Made by a program: the position numbers and the translations under genes. Of a stretch of 64,000 nucleotides of DNA, positions 12,711 to 25,659 are shown in pieces; within the stretch, counting starts at the first letter, position 1; each line of letters starts with the position of its first letter. This stretch comes from the human T2T-CHM13v2.0 reference genome, Homo sapiens, in the NCBI RefSeq assembly GCF_009914755.1, contig NC_060929.1; one strand, written 5' to 3'. Under the pieces are notes generated by a model. That model did no database searches, had not been told where the DNA came from, and worked only from the letters and a program-made list of their open reading frames with translations.

Positions 12711-13501
12711 CCAAATAGCCAAAACAATTTTAAGCAAGAAAACAAACCTAGAGGCATCGTACTTCCTGATTTCAAAATATGCTACAAAATGACACCAATC
12801 AAACAGTATGGTACTATCATTGAAAAAAATACACATATAGACCAATAGAACAGAATAAAGAGTCCAAAAGTAAATCCACTCATATACAGGCAACTCATCT
12901 TCAACAAGGATGCCAAGAATACACAATGGGGAGAAAGTAGTGTCTTCAATAAACGGTATTGAAGAAACTGGATAGTCACATGAAAAAGAAGAAAATCAAG
13001 CCGTTATCTTTCACCATATACAAAAATTAACTCGAGATGGACTAAAGATTTGAACATAAGATCTGATACAGTAAAACTAGGAGAAAACAGAAAATACTGG
13101 AAAATCTTCTTAACTTTGGTCTCAGGAATGATTTATTGAATATAACACCAAGAGCACAAACAAAAAATCAAAAATAGACAAATTGGTTTATATGAAACTA
13201 AAAAGTTTCGGCACAGTACAGTAGAAAGGCAAACTGTGGAATGAGATAAAATATTTACTAGCCATATATCTGATAAGGGGTTAATATCCAAAATATATAA
13301 AAACTCCTCAAACTCAATAGCAAAATAACAAATAACCCTATAAAACAATAGGCAAAAGATTTGAATAGACATTTTTCAAAAGAATATATACAAATGTCCA
13401 ACAGGTACTATACGAAAAAATGCTCAACGTTATTAATTATCAGGAAAATGCAAATCAAAACCACAGTGAGATATCACCTCACACCTGTTAGGTTGGCTAT
13501 T

Positions 13502-13544
<43 letters not shown>

Positions 13545-14378
13545 TAAATGTTGGCAAGGATATGGAAAAAAAGAGAACTCTTATACTCTTGCATATTTTT
13601 GGTGGTAATGTAAAATGGTGCAGCCACTATAGAAACAGTATGGGCGTTCCTTAAAATATTAAAAATAGAACTATCACAAGATCCAGCAATCCTTCTTTTG
13701 GGGAAATATCTGAAGGGATTAAAATCAGGATCTTGAAGTGATATCTGCACTCCCAAACTCATTGCAGCATTATTCACAATGGCCAAGATATGGAAACAAG
13801 TCAAATGTCTATCAACAGATGTTTGGATAAAGAAAACGTGGTATATACCTACAATGAAATATTATTCAGCCTTTAAAAAGAAAGAACTCCTACCATTTAT
13901 GACAATATGGATAGACCTAAAAGACACTATGCTAAGTGAAATAAGCCAGACACAGAAGGACAATTAGACATAATTCTTCTTATATGAGGTATCTAAAATA
14001 GAAGTAGACAACAGGATGGTAGTTACCAGGAGATGGGAAGAGGGAGATATAGAGAGTTGTTATTCAATGGATATAAAGTTAGAGTGATACAAGATGAGTA
14101 AGTTCCAGAAATCTGCCGTGCAACATGTTGCCTATAGTTAACAAAAAGGAGTGTGTATTTAAAAATTTGTTAAGAGGGTAGGACATAAGTTCAGTGTACT
14201 TATAACAAAAAAAGGCAGATGTAAGGGAGACATTAAGAAGGTTTTGATATATTTATTGTCTGGATTGTGGTGATGATAACTCAAGTGTATACATTTGTCT
14301 AAACTCACCACATTGTACACATTAATTATGTGCAGTTTATTGTAAACAATTTGTATGTCCATAGAACTGGGGTGAGGG
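12711..14378 (+). mobile_element. L1MB-type LINE, 5'-truncated (ORF2 3' end and 3'UTR)
   Basis: Degenerate ORF2 C-terminus ([12 protein letters not shown]...[15 protein letters not shown]) and L1MB-like 3'UTR; internal A38 at 13505-13542. Confidence 0.92.
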
Positions 14379-14836
14379 AAGTTAGCCTGCTACAGTTTTA
14401 TTGGTGCTGACAGAAGACGTGATACTCCTAAGCCCCCAAAAAGCTCAGGTTTTTAATCACAGCAGTAATAGTAGCCAGATCATCACCATTTTGCACCAGT
14501 TCTCTGAGCCCCAGTATTCATGCGTCACTGAAAAGAGCGCCAGATGACACCTGTATAAAGAATAGGGTATATTACAGGAAAGGACCTCTAAGCTTAGGAA
14601 ATTCAAGTCTTTTATCATGGACAGTTAAGCCTGCTTGGCCCAAAGGCAAACATTTTATTTATTGTATTCAGCAGTAAAAAACCCTTCCCTTTGCTCTGAA
14701 GGGAGACACTATTCTTATCTCCCAAGGTTGTTTGCTACACAAACATCCTTAAAACCATAGTCTAGAATGTGGTAGACGGTGCCTTTACTCACAAGACATG
14801 TAGAGATGTGAGAGAGCAATGGAGAATGGTTGTACA
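14379..14836 (-). mobile_element. LTR40-family solo LTR (ERVL)
   Basis: Minus strand CATTCTCCATTGCTCTCTCACATCTCTACATGTCTTGTGAG...AAGGATGTTTGTGTAGCAAACAACCTTGG...ATAGTGTCTCCCTTCAGAGCAAAGGG matches recalled LTR40. Confidence 0.8.
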
Positions 14837-15329
14837 ATTGAAACTATAATAACTTAAACATTTTCTAACTCTGAAGTAGTATACATCAAACAAACCTCTT
14901 TAGGGTTTAGGAAAACTATATTTGTGTGTACTACACAACATATATAAAACTTACAGAAAATTAAATGCTTACAAAAATAGAAATTTAAAAATGTGAAATA
15001 TCGAAACAGCAAATGAACTGTTATGACTATAGTTTATGTTCTTTGGTGGGGGTTAATTTAATTATTAATCTATGCTGACTTTTACTCTATCATTAATTAA
15101 AATCTAGAAAAATTTCAACAGATATTTTCTTTTTTTTCTGGAAGATATTACTTTGACTTCTTTAGTACCAGGGAGTTCATTGATTCTACAGTTAGATTTA
15201 TTATTGGGAGTAAGATCATACATTCTTCTTCTCATACTCCTTTTCACGCCAATGATAGTACTAGAATGGAAATAGCTTTGACCAAAAACATAGGTAAAGC
15301 CTTTTTCTATGTTGTATGTAGGTGTAGGG

Positions 15330-15330
<1 letters not shown>

Positions 15331-15361
<31 letters not shown>
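15331..15361. repeat. (TG)15 microsatellite
   Basis: Read directly from the sequence. Confidence 0.99.
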
Positions 15362-15365
<4 letters not shown>

Positions 15366-17349
15366 ATGAAAGTTCTGGAATATTGAAAACTATCAACACT
15401 CATTTATCCTCCCTGGTCATCAAATAAGCCAACTTGTTTTCCAGATGAAAAATGACATAGAACACAAGAACTGAATATTGTTTTTCTATCATTCTGAAAT
15501 CCACTACAGAGTAAGTGCCTAATATCACATATTATGGAGCTAGCCCAGAAGAGAATTTGAAGGTTCATTTTTAGAAAACTTAAATGGATTTCCAAATCCT
15601 AATTAAAGTATTATCCCTACAAGACAACCAGGATTTCATTTTATCTCTCTTCATATTTCAAATCCCTACCAGAAAATGTGAAATATAACTATATAATTCA
15701 GGGTTGCTAAATAAAACAATTTAAAATATGAGTTTTCAATATTTACATGACCATGTTAACATAACTTCAAGTGACTTAAATTATTCATAAAAATGCTGCT
15801 TCACCTGGACTAACAGTTGCACAATTAAGATAGATTTCACACGTTTATTCAATGACACAAATGTACAAATACTGTGTAAAGTCTGTACTAATCCAAATAT
15901 AAAAAATTAATTGCTTCCCTCTAAAAACTGACATTATTGCAGGAGGCTAGGAAGAATATGACAAGTATGTAGAAATCTTGATAGAAAATTTAAAAAGAGA
16001 ACTCAGATGAGACAAATTTTATGTAAAATATCAATTTCATTCTAATTGGAGCAGCTAAATTAGTAAATGTCTGATTTGCAGACTATTTAACCATTAATAA
16101 TTGAATTTGGCTTCACCATGGCTTACTGAACTCAAAAGTTTATGTAGGCACCCTCCTAAAATTTCACTGAGATGACAGAAAGAAATATATAAAACTAAGG
16201 ATATATAGCAAGGAACTTGTTGAGTCAAAATAATCAGAATATACTTTTGATTTATTGTTACTCTCTTTTAAGAGAGGTTGCTACTTGAACATTCTAGCTA
16301 ATTCTATTTTACTACTGCAAGCAACAAATCACTTTAAATTAGGAAAAAAATTGACTATAAGAAATGACATAGTATCTGGCAAAATTGAAAATTTTTCTTC
16401 AGCCCAGACCTTAGAATATTTTTTATTATTATAAAATAAATAACATAAATAAGGCATTTATGCTATGCCTTATTTCTTATTATTTCTTTTTCATTCCCCA
16501 CCAAACCTATCAAGTGAGTTGGAAATGTCATTGTACCAAAAGAAAGAGAGGACAGCATTTATGCTATGGTCTATTTTTTATCCAAGATAATGCAAACCAA
16601 CAATCAGACTCTATTCTTGCTGCTTCTGTTCTTCCAAAGTTGTCAGTTCTCAACCAGGACTATCTAGGACTCTCCATTCACCTGGCTGACTGGGTCATGA
16701 GAACACACAAAGAGTTCTGCCAGCAACCCTGAACCAGGCTCTGTGGTCAAGCTCAGTTGTTGCTTTAAAAATAAACAACATTCTGAGCAGTTTTATTTCC
16801 TCCCTGGGGAAAGATTTTATGATGTTGGTGACAATTCAATTATAACACTCTTAAATCATTTCAGGCAGGTTCAAAACAGGCATAATCTCCACACAAAGAA
16901 ATATTTTGCATAGAAATTTTGCAAACATGATTTGTTATACCCCCTTGTTGTGGTATGTATAACAATTCCATCTGTGGAAAGATACACACCAAGCTTTACC
17001 TAGAAAAAAGTAGTCTGGCAAAGCTATTTGTTTCCCATTTAAAAGGTTACTTAATATTGGGAAGACCAAGACAGTGTGAATAATGGACTTACACATAGTG
17101 AGTCCTCAATGTAGATAGCCACTAAGTTAATTCAGATGCAACAGATTCAACTCTACTTTATTTAGCACCTACCATGTGTCTGTTCTACATAGGGACTTCA
17201 TTTAACAATAGAAAAAATGAGTTGATATATCACCATATTAAAGAGCCCAGAGATTTGCTTAAAGGTCTCATATAGTGCCACATACCATTGTGAGCATTAT
17301 TCAAGACGCTTGTTCACTGAAGAACACAGTACAAGAGAATCATTCTTCA

Positions 17350-17780
17350 TTCCTAGTCCAATTGCCCAGTTCAACCCATAATGCCTGATGAGTACAAAAT
17401 CCCAACAGCCTCCTAACTAGTCTGATGGCTTTAGACTATTATTCACATGCCAATCATCTTTCACATTGTTGTCAATATTTATTTCTAATTTTTATTTTAG
17501 CTCTAAATATTTATTTCTAATATTTATTTTAGCTCTGAAAATGGTCATTAATCCACATAGATTCTTCCCTTGCTGACTCCAATTATCTACATAGAGAGTT
17601 TAAACTCCTTGGCATGGTACTTCAGATACTTACAGGACTTAGGTCTGACTTACCTCTTCAACTACATTCTCCTTCATTCCCCACCATACCTATCAAGCTG
17701 AACTACTTATCCTTCCCTGAAAAAAAAAATCATACATTTTCAAATCTTTATTTTTTTTCAGTACTCCTGTCTCTGTTTGG
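17350..17780 (+). mobile_element. L2 LINE fragment
   Basis: AACAGCCTCCTAACTAGTCT...AAACTCCTTGGCATGG...CTGACTTACCTCTTCA are L2-like. Confidence 0.65.
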
Positions 17781-18076
17781 AAAACACGAAGTTTGTACTG
17801 GACATGATTTATCTAGTTCTGTGACTTTGTACAATACAATAAGACTAGAAAGCAAGTATAAGCAAATTAGATAGATACTTGGATGTCTCCAAAGTTGAGA
17901 ATTGATGATGTTAAGATACAAAAAGGTAATAAGGGTGAGAAAACATGACATGGTGACCAGAAGAGTCTAGCTTGAATAGAGAGGTGAAATCTAGAAATGA
18001 CTGAAAGACCAAATGAATAGGAAGGCAGTGAAGCAACTGATGGCTAAGGGAAGAAAAAGAACACGTTCTATGGCAG

Positions 18077-18415
18077 AAATGAGTTCATGTCCTTTGTAGG
18101 GACATGGATGAAGCTGGAAACCATCATTCTCAGCAAACTATCGCAACGGCAAAAAAACAAACACCGCATGTTCTCACTCATAGGTGGGAATTGAACAAGG
18201 AGAACACATGGACACAGGAAGGGGAACATCACACACCCGGGCCTGTTGTGGGGTGGGGGGAGGGGGGAGGGACAGCATTAGGAGATACACCTAATGTTAA
18301 ATGATGAGTTAATGGGTGCAGCACACCAACATGGCACATGTATACATATGTAACTAATCTGTACATTGTGCACATGTACCCTAAAACTTAAAGTATAACA
18401 AAAAAAAAGAAAGAA
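18077..18415 (+). mobile_element. Young L1PA (about PA3-PA4) 3' end
   Basis: ATGAGTTCATGTCCTTTGTAGGGACATGG...CCCTAAAACTTAAAGTATAA plus A tail; G-rich tract at 18250-18271. Confidence 0.95.
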
Positions 18416-18872
18416 ATTAAAGAACAAAAGTTTGGGATCAAAAACATTAGCTATTTGAAGTTGAACGGTTCTAGGTGATGACGAGTTGCAAATGTTGAGA
18501 GGGAATTGCTGAAATTGAATTTTGAATGGGAGATGACCAAAGGGCCATGAGGCTAGAGTTTGGAAAAGGTCACACAGATCATATCAGCTAGATGAAGCAA
18601 GTATAAGGAAAAACATTGTCTTAATTGCCCAAATCTTCCCCAACTATGGAGGAGGTGAAGAGGATGACATTGAGAAGGTGAAGAGATCATATATCTCTGA
18701 TGACATAGACCTCAGCTCATTGCATAACTTAAAACCAAACTGCAATACATCTAATTAATATCATTTAAATATAATATAGCTTAAGATAATTACCATTTGA
18801 ACATAATTTCTATCAAAAATATCCATAAAGTTGATTTGTATTTTTATAGTTGATTAAAAAGTGAAAGATACA

Positions 18873-19163
18873 TTTTTTTTTCCGAGACAGAGTCTCGCTC
18901 TGTCGCCCAGGCTGGAGTGCAGTGGTGCTATCTCGCTCACTGCAAGTTCTGGCTCCAGGGTTCAAGCCATTCTCCTGCCTCAGCCTCCCGAGCAGCTGGG
19001 ACTACAGGCGCCCGCCCCCATGCCCGGCTAATTTTTTGTATTTTTTAGTAGAGATGGGGTTTCACCGTGTTAGCCAGGATGGTCTGGATCTCCTGACCTC
19101 GTGATCCGCCTGCCGCGGCTTCCCAAAGTGCTGGGATTATAGGCGTTAGCCACCGCGACCTGC
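18873..19163 (-). mobile_element. AluY/Sc
   Basis: Full Alu reverse complement; TSD AAAGATACATTTTT at 18864-18877 and 19166-19179. Confidence 0.96.
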
Positions 19164-19191
19164 AAAAAGATACATTTTTTAAGCGTGCAAT

Positions 19192-20068
19192 TGATTCAGG
19201 ATTTTTCTTGGCCCCTTTGCCAGACTTCCATCAAGGGTACCCTGTCTACTCGGCCTGCCATGCTTAGCCTCTTGTGGGAAGGAGCACAGGAACAAGTGAG
19301 TGCGGGATCTGGCTGGCCACTCCATCGACATAGCAGCAAGGTCTGTGCGGGGCCTGCAGCCAGACCAAGCTGCGTGTCACCTAAAGAGGAACACAGTCGC
19401 ACCCAGGCAAGGGTGCCTATGACCTGGAAGCCCCAGAGGGGATGTTAGTGCGCTAATTAGCTCTTTTAGCTCCACTGTCCACAGCCCGATGGATGGTAGC
19501 ATGTTAGCAGCTCAGTCTCCCACTGGTCCCATCATGTGGAGCAGCTGCCCTCCTCTGGTGAGAGCAAAGAACCAGTGTGACAGCCTTTCTGGGTACCCAC
19601 ACTCAGTGGGTCTCAAGCTTTTGTCCAGCATCCAAGAAGAATGAGGTCACACTTGACGCCTGAGGATGGTGAGGGTGGAGAATTTTATTGAGCAACGAAA
19701 ACAGCTCTCAGTAGAGAGGGGACCTGGGGAGGGGATGGGAAGGGCAGGTCGTCTTTCCCCGAAGTCAGGAGATCTCGTCCCCAAAGTCAGCACATCTCCT
19801 CCCCAAAGTCAGGCCACTTCCCTTCTACCAACTGAGTCTGGGGTCTTTACAGGCACAGGATGGGTACAGGGTGGGCTGTAAGTAGTATTGAAAAGGCAGC
19901 ATTCGATTGGTTAAAAGGCATTATTCAGAAAATCAATTGAGTGAGAGTGGGCAAACATAAATAGAAGTTCTCACTCTGGTCTGTGGGACTGTTTGTGGAT
20001 TGAAGGTGGGGTTTCAATGGGGACCCAGGCTTGTCTGCCTGGGATTTTTCTGCCTCCTGCCTCTGTTA
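19192..20068 (-). mobile_element. ERV1 solo LTR, LTR27/LTR28/MER52 group
   Basis: GC-rich; minus strand starts ...AGAGGCAGGAGGCAG...GGTCCCCATTGAAACCCCACCTTCAA and ends AAAAATCCTGAATCA; 4-bp TSD CAAT at 19188-19191 and 20069-20072; AATAAA at 19684-19689. Confidence 0.8.
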
Positions 20069-20869
20069 CAATCACTGGAATAAAACATCTCCTGGACCAA
20101 ATACACAAGATTGAGAAAGTTTAAATTTAATAATAATCATGTAAAATGCCCCACAGTGAAAAAACTGCTTATAATACATGTCGAGATAAATAAATGTTTA
20201 ACCTTTTGACTAAATTTAAAGTGTAGCAATAAAAATGGCTTAGTAGGCTGCAAAACAGACAAGAAAAGGAACTCAGCCCCTGCTGTTTGAGTCAAGTTTT
20301 TCTCCAGAAACTTCATTAACAGAAGAAGCGGTGCTGATGCTCAGCACTATTTCATGCTTTGGCTGTGTCCACCCACAGAGGCATGAGTAGATTTTTATTA
20401 GACATAAATTAGATAAACTGAAAATATTTTGGGCTGTCTGTCAAAGAAAAGTGTCAAAAATCATTACATTACAAGAAGAAGTGTTATTTGAGTAGATGCC
20501 ATAAAAATGACTGTAACTTTCAAATCAGCATTAAAGCCTACACATGATAACAAGATTTTACTCTTACAGTTGCCAATATTTGCCTTAATAAGTGAATAAT
20601 ATCAATTGAACAATCGGGAAGGGTAACAAATAGGTAAAAGAATCTAAAAATAGTTATGTTAGTTCAAATTCAGAGACAGTGTTTAGATAAATGGCCAATG
20701 TTTAACATGCTACTCCCCATTAATTAAGACTTGGTAGATTGTTGAAGATGTTAATGAAACCTGGGAAATCATCAACAGTAACCTACTTTTCAAGTTGAAT
20801 ATGCTCAAAACCTGAAAGACAATGGAAAAAAAGAATAAATTACTGAACCAATGATGTAAGAAATTGGGT

Positions 20870-21066
20870 AATATGTCTCACATGTTGTAACGACACCCAA
20901 AAGCTCAAAGTAAATAGATGGAGTAAGATTTAGCATGCAAACAGGAAAAAAAAATGGGATTCACTATTCTTATATCAGATAAAATGATTTTAAATAAATA
21001 AAAATTAAGAACAAAGAAAGACATCACATAATACTAGAGGGTACAATCCAACAAGAAGACTTAACT

Positions 21067-21126
<60 letters not shown>

Positions 21127-22822
21127 CTCAACATTGGAGCAGCCAATTTATAAAACAAGTTTTTCTTGGCCTCCAAAAAGACTTAGACAATGACCCAATC
21201 ATAGTGGAAGACTTTAAAACACCACTGACAGCATTAGACAGATCATTGAGGCAGAAAAGTAACAAAGAAATTCTGCACTTAAACTTGACATGTGGCTAAA
21301 TTGAACTAATAAACATCTACAGAACACTCCACTCAGCAACCACAGAAATCAATACCAAGTATATTTCTCAAAACTACAGAAATTCATGGAAATTAATCAA
21401 CTTACTCCTGAATAACTTATAGGAGAACATCAAATTTAAGGCAGAAATCAAGAAAACGTTCTTTGAAATCAATAAAATTACGGACACAATGTACCAGAAC
21501 CTCTGGGAGGCAGCTAAAGCAATGTTAAGAGGATATGTATAGCACTAAATGCCTTCATCAAAAAGTTAGATCTCAATTTAACATGCTAACTTCGCACCTA
21601 AAGGAATTAGGGGGAAAAAACTCAACCCCAAAGCTAGCAGAAGAGAAAAAAAATAACTAAAACCAGAGAAGAACTGAATGAAATTGAGATGCAAAAATCT
21701 ATACGAAAAATCAGTGAAACCAAGAGTTGGTTCTCTGAAAAAATAAACAAGAGTGATATATTGCTAGCTAGATTAACAAAAAAAGAGAGAACATACAAAT
21801 AAGTACACTCAGAAAGACAAATATGACATTACAACTGATTCTACTGAAAAACAAAAGATTCTCAAAAAATGCTATGAACACGAATTACAAAATCTAAAAG
21901 AAATGGATACATTTCTAGAAATGCAATCTCCCAGGGTTGAGTCAGGAAGAGATTGAAACCCTAAAATAGACCAATATCAGGCTCTGAAATTGAATCAGTA
22001 ATAAAAATTCTACTGACCAAAAAAGCCCTAGACCAGATGGAATCACAGACAAATTCCACCAGATGTACAAAGAAGAACTCATACAAATCCTACAAAACTA
22101 TTTGAAAAAATTGAGAAGTTCCTCCTCCCTAACTCATTTTATGATCGCAGCATCAGCCTAATACCAACATTGGGCAGAGACACAACGAAAAAAGAAACTT
22201 CAGGGTGATATCCATGATGAACATAGATGCAAAAATCCTGAACAAAATACCAAAAAATGGAATCCAGAAGTACATGAATAGGTTAATACACCACAATAAA
22301 GTAGGCTTTATTCATGGGATGCAAGACTGGTTCATTAGACACAAATCAACAAATGTGATTTACAACATAAACACAATTAAAAACAAAACCATAAGGCCAT
22401 TTCAACAGATTCAGAAAAAGCTTTCAATAAAATCCGACATCTCTTCATGACAACAATCTTCAACAAACTAGGCATCAAAGAACATACTGCAAAATAATAA
22501 GGGCCATCTATGATAAACCCACAGCCAGTATCATACTGAACTGGCAAAAGCTGGAACCACTCCCCTTGAGAAACAGAACAAGAGAAGGATGCCTCTCTCA
22601 TCACTAATACTCAGTATAGTACTGGAAGTCCTAGCCAGAGCAGTCAGGCAAGAAAAAGAAATAAAAGGCATCCAAATTGGAAAAGAAGAATTCAAACTCT
22701 CTTTGCTGATAATATAATTCTATGCTGAGAGAATCCTAAAGACTCCACTAAAAGGCTTCTAGAACTGATAAACAATTTTAGTAAAGATTCAGGATACAAA
22801 ATAGATGTTCAAAAATTAGTAG
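20870..22822 (+). mobile_element. Older primate L1 ORF2 fragment (EN to RT), decayed, with internal deletion
   Basis: ORF2 remnants ([13 protein letters not shown]...[11 protein letters not shown]); frameshifts and stops; apparent deletion near 21345. Confidence 0.93.
21070..21124. repeat. (TA)27 perfect microsatellite inside L1
   Basis: Read directly from the sequence. Confidence 0.99.
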
Positions 22823-22825
22823 AAT

Positions 22826-23507
22826 TAGGAAAAAACAGATGCTGGAGAGGTTATGGAAAAATAGGAATGCTTCTACACTGTTGGTGGGAGTGTAAATTAG
22901 TTCAACCATTGTGTAAGACAGTGTGGCAATTCCTCAAGGATCTAGAACCAGAAATACCATTTGACAGCAATCCCACTACTGGGCATATACCCAAGGGATT
23001 ATAAATCATTCTATGATAAAGATACATGCACACATGTGTTTATTGTGGCACTATTCACAATAGCAAAGACTTGGAACCAACCCAAATGTCCATCAATGAT
23101 AGACTGGATTAAAAAAATGTGGCACATGTACACCATAGAATACTATGCAGCCATAAAGAAGGATGAGTTCATGTCCTTTGCAGGGACATGGGTGAAGATG
23201 GAAACCATCAGTCTCAGCAAACTATCACAAGATCAGAAAACCAAACACCGCATGTTCTCACTCATAAGTGGGAGCTGAACAATGAGAACACATGGACACA
23301 GGGAGGGGAACATCATACACTGGGGCCTTTGTGGGGTGGGGGGCTAGGGGAGGGATAACATTGGGAGAAATACCTAACGTAGATGATAGGTTGAGGGTGC
23401 AGCAAACCACCACGGCACATGTATGTATACCTATGTAACAAAACTGCACATTCTGCACATGTACCCCAGAACTTAAAGTATAATTTAAAAAAAAAGAAAG
23501 AAAGAAA
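22826..23507 (+). mobile_element. L1PA6/7-like 3' end
   Basis: ORF2 C-terminus (AIPLLGIYP...WIKKMWHMYTIEYYAAIKKDEFMSF), 3'UTR, A/(GAAA) tail. Confidence 0.95.
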
Positions 23508-23571
23508 GTTTGCGGCCCTTAGATCCTTTCAAGAGCATTTCATGGGCTATAAAAAAATTTGACAATGGTTG

Positions 23572-24264
23572 ATCTACCTCCTCACCCCAAAAAAAAGGTT
23601 AGGAAACTACAGATACTGGAGAGGATGTGGAGACATAGGAACACTTTTACACTGTTGGTGGGATTGTACACTAATTCAACCACTGTGGAAGACATTGTGG
23701 CAATTCCTCAAGGATCTAGAACCAGAAATAACATTTGACCCAGCAATCCCATTACTGGGTATATACCCAAAGAATTATAAATCATTCTACTATAAAGACA
23801 CATGCACGTGTATGTTTATTGCAGCACTTTTCACAATAGCAAAGACTCAGAACCAACCCAAATGACCATCAATGATAGGCTGGATAAAGAAAATGTGGCA
23901 CATATACACCATGGAATACTATGCAACCATAAAAAAGGATGAGTTCACGTCCTTTGCAGGAACATAGATGAAGCTGGAAACCATCATTCTCAGCAAACTA
24001 ACACAAGAATGGTAAACCAAACACCGCATGTTTTCACTCATAAGTGGGAGTTGAACAATGAGAACACATGCACACAGGGAGGGGAACATCACACACTGGG
24101 TCCTGTCAGGGGATGGGGGCCTAGGGGAGGGATAGCATTAGGAGAAATACCTAACGTAGATGGCAGGTTGATGGGTGCAGCAAATCACCATGGCACGTCT
24201 ATACCTATGTAACAAACCTGCATGTTCTGCACATGTACCCTGGAAAAAAAAAAAGAAAAGAAAA
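23572..24264 (+). mobile_element. Second L1PA7-like 3' end, tandem to the previous one
   Basis: Same consensus interval repeated; A-rich tail at 24244-24264. Confidence 0.95.
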
Positions 24265-24599
24265 TACACTGTTCCTGTTTACCACTATATAGGTGTCAAT
24301 AAGTTACAAAATTATGATATTGATCAAGACATTGTTCATCAATAAACTGGCTCTGTAGGGTGTTATGAAATTAGAAAAGTATTTTAAATTATGAAAAAAT
24401 GTGCCAACTTGGTGTTTTTATTTTTCTTCATTCATCCACTTTATATTTGTACCATAAGGAATAGCATAGCTACCCATAGATGATTAGGGTCCCCTTTTAC
24501 ATTCAGGAATTATGAGGTTGATGCTTCACAATAACCCTTAGAGACAAATAGGAGATGCTTATATAATATGATCTCAAAGTGCATCATGATGAAAAGTAA

Positions 24600-24792
24600 T
24601 GGCTCCACCTCTCACAAGCTGTGAAATTAAGGGCAGTGGTTATAACCTCTCTGAACCTCTGTTACTTCCTTCATAATGCCTACCTCCTAGGGTTTTTGTG
24701 TGCAATCAATTAGATAAAAGTTGTTAAAATTTTAGTAAAGTGTCTGCCTTTGGAAAAATGCTTAACAAATGGTAGTTTATATTATCATTATT
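24600..24792 (+). mobile_element. MIR SINE
   Basis: GGCTCCACCTCTCACAAGCTGTG...AACCTCTCTGAACCTCTGTT...TGCTTAACAAATGGTAG. Confidence 0.75.
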
Positions 24793-24899
24793 ATAAAAAA
24801 CCAGTAAGAGAGACAGTACATGAAGAAAAGGACAGTAAGTACAACTTAACCAAGTGAAATGTTAACAACAGGAGTAAAAAGCGTTGCAGGAGTTCATTG

Positions 24900-25200
24900 C
24901 AAAGCAGAGCCATTCTCCAGAGATGCTTTTCTTGAGATATTGCTAGTTGGTTGGGCCTCAAAGACAGGAGAAAACTCAAAACACAGATAAGGGAAGGAGA
25001 ATATACCAGGTAGGGTGAAAGCTGAGGTTCTGAGGCACAGACATATGATGTGTTTGGCAGTGTGGCCAGGAGACTCTTGAGGAATATCTTGGGACCTGCA
25101 ATTGAAACAGTAGGTAGAAATAAGATAGAGGGAGGTTGTAAATGTCAAAGCAAAGAGTTGGATATATTTAGCCAATGAAAAATGAAGCGATGTTACCTAA
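24900..25200 (-). mobile_element. L2 fragment
   Basis: Purine-rich L2-like antisense text (GAAGGAGAATATACCAGGTAGGG...). Confidence 0.5.
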
Positions 25201-25331
25201 ACCCAGAATTTTATACAAGTGTATTTATGTACACTGCTAAGCTAATTGATGCACATTTTCAAAAATTACTTCGTTAGATTTCTCAAATTGGATCTCTATT
25301 TTTAAAAAGCTATTAAATAGAGCTTACTCTT

Positions 25332-25659
25332 GGCCGTGCATGGTGGCTCACACCTGTAACCCCAGCACTTTGGAAGGATGAGGTGGGTGGATCACAAGGA
25401 GTTAGAGACCAGCCTGGCCAACGTGGTGAAACCCTGCCTCTACTAAAAATACAAAAATTAGCCAGGCGTGGTGGCGGGCATCTGTAATCCTAGCTACTCG
25501 GGAGGCTGAGGCAGGAGAATAGCTTGAAACCAAAAGGCAGAGGTTGCAGTGAGCCGAGATCGCCCACTGCGCTCCAGCCTGGGCAAAAGAGCTAAACTCT
25601 GTCTCAAAAACAAAAACAAAAACAAACAACAACAAAAAACAGAACAGCAACAACCAAAA
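25332..25659 (+). mobile_element. AluS with (CAAAA/CAA)n tail
   Basis: Full Alu; TSD AGCTTACTCTT at 25321-25331 and 25660-25670. Confidence 0.96.

Noticed and set aside
13361-13804. Poly-Lys / poly-Phe ORFs
   Set aside because: Artefact of the A38 tract inside L1.
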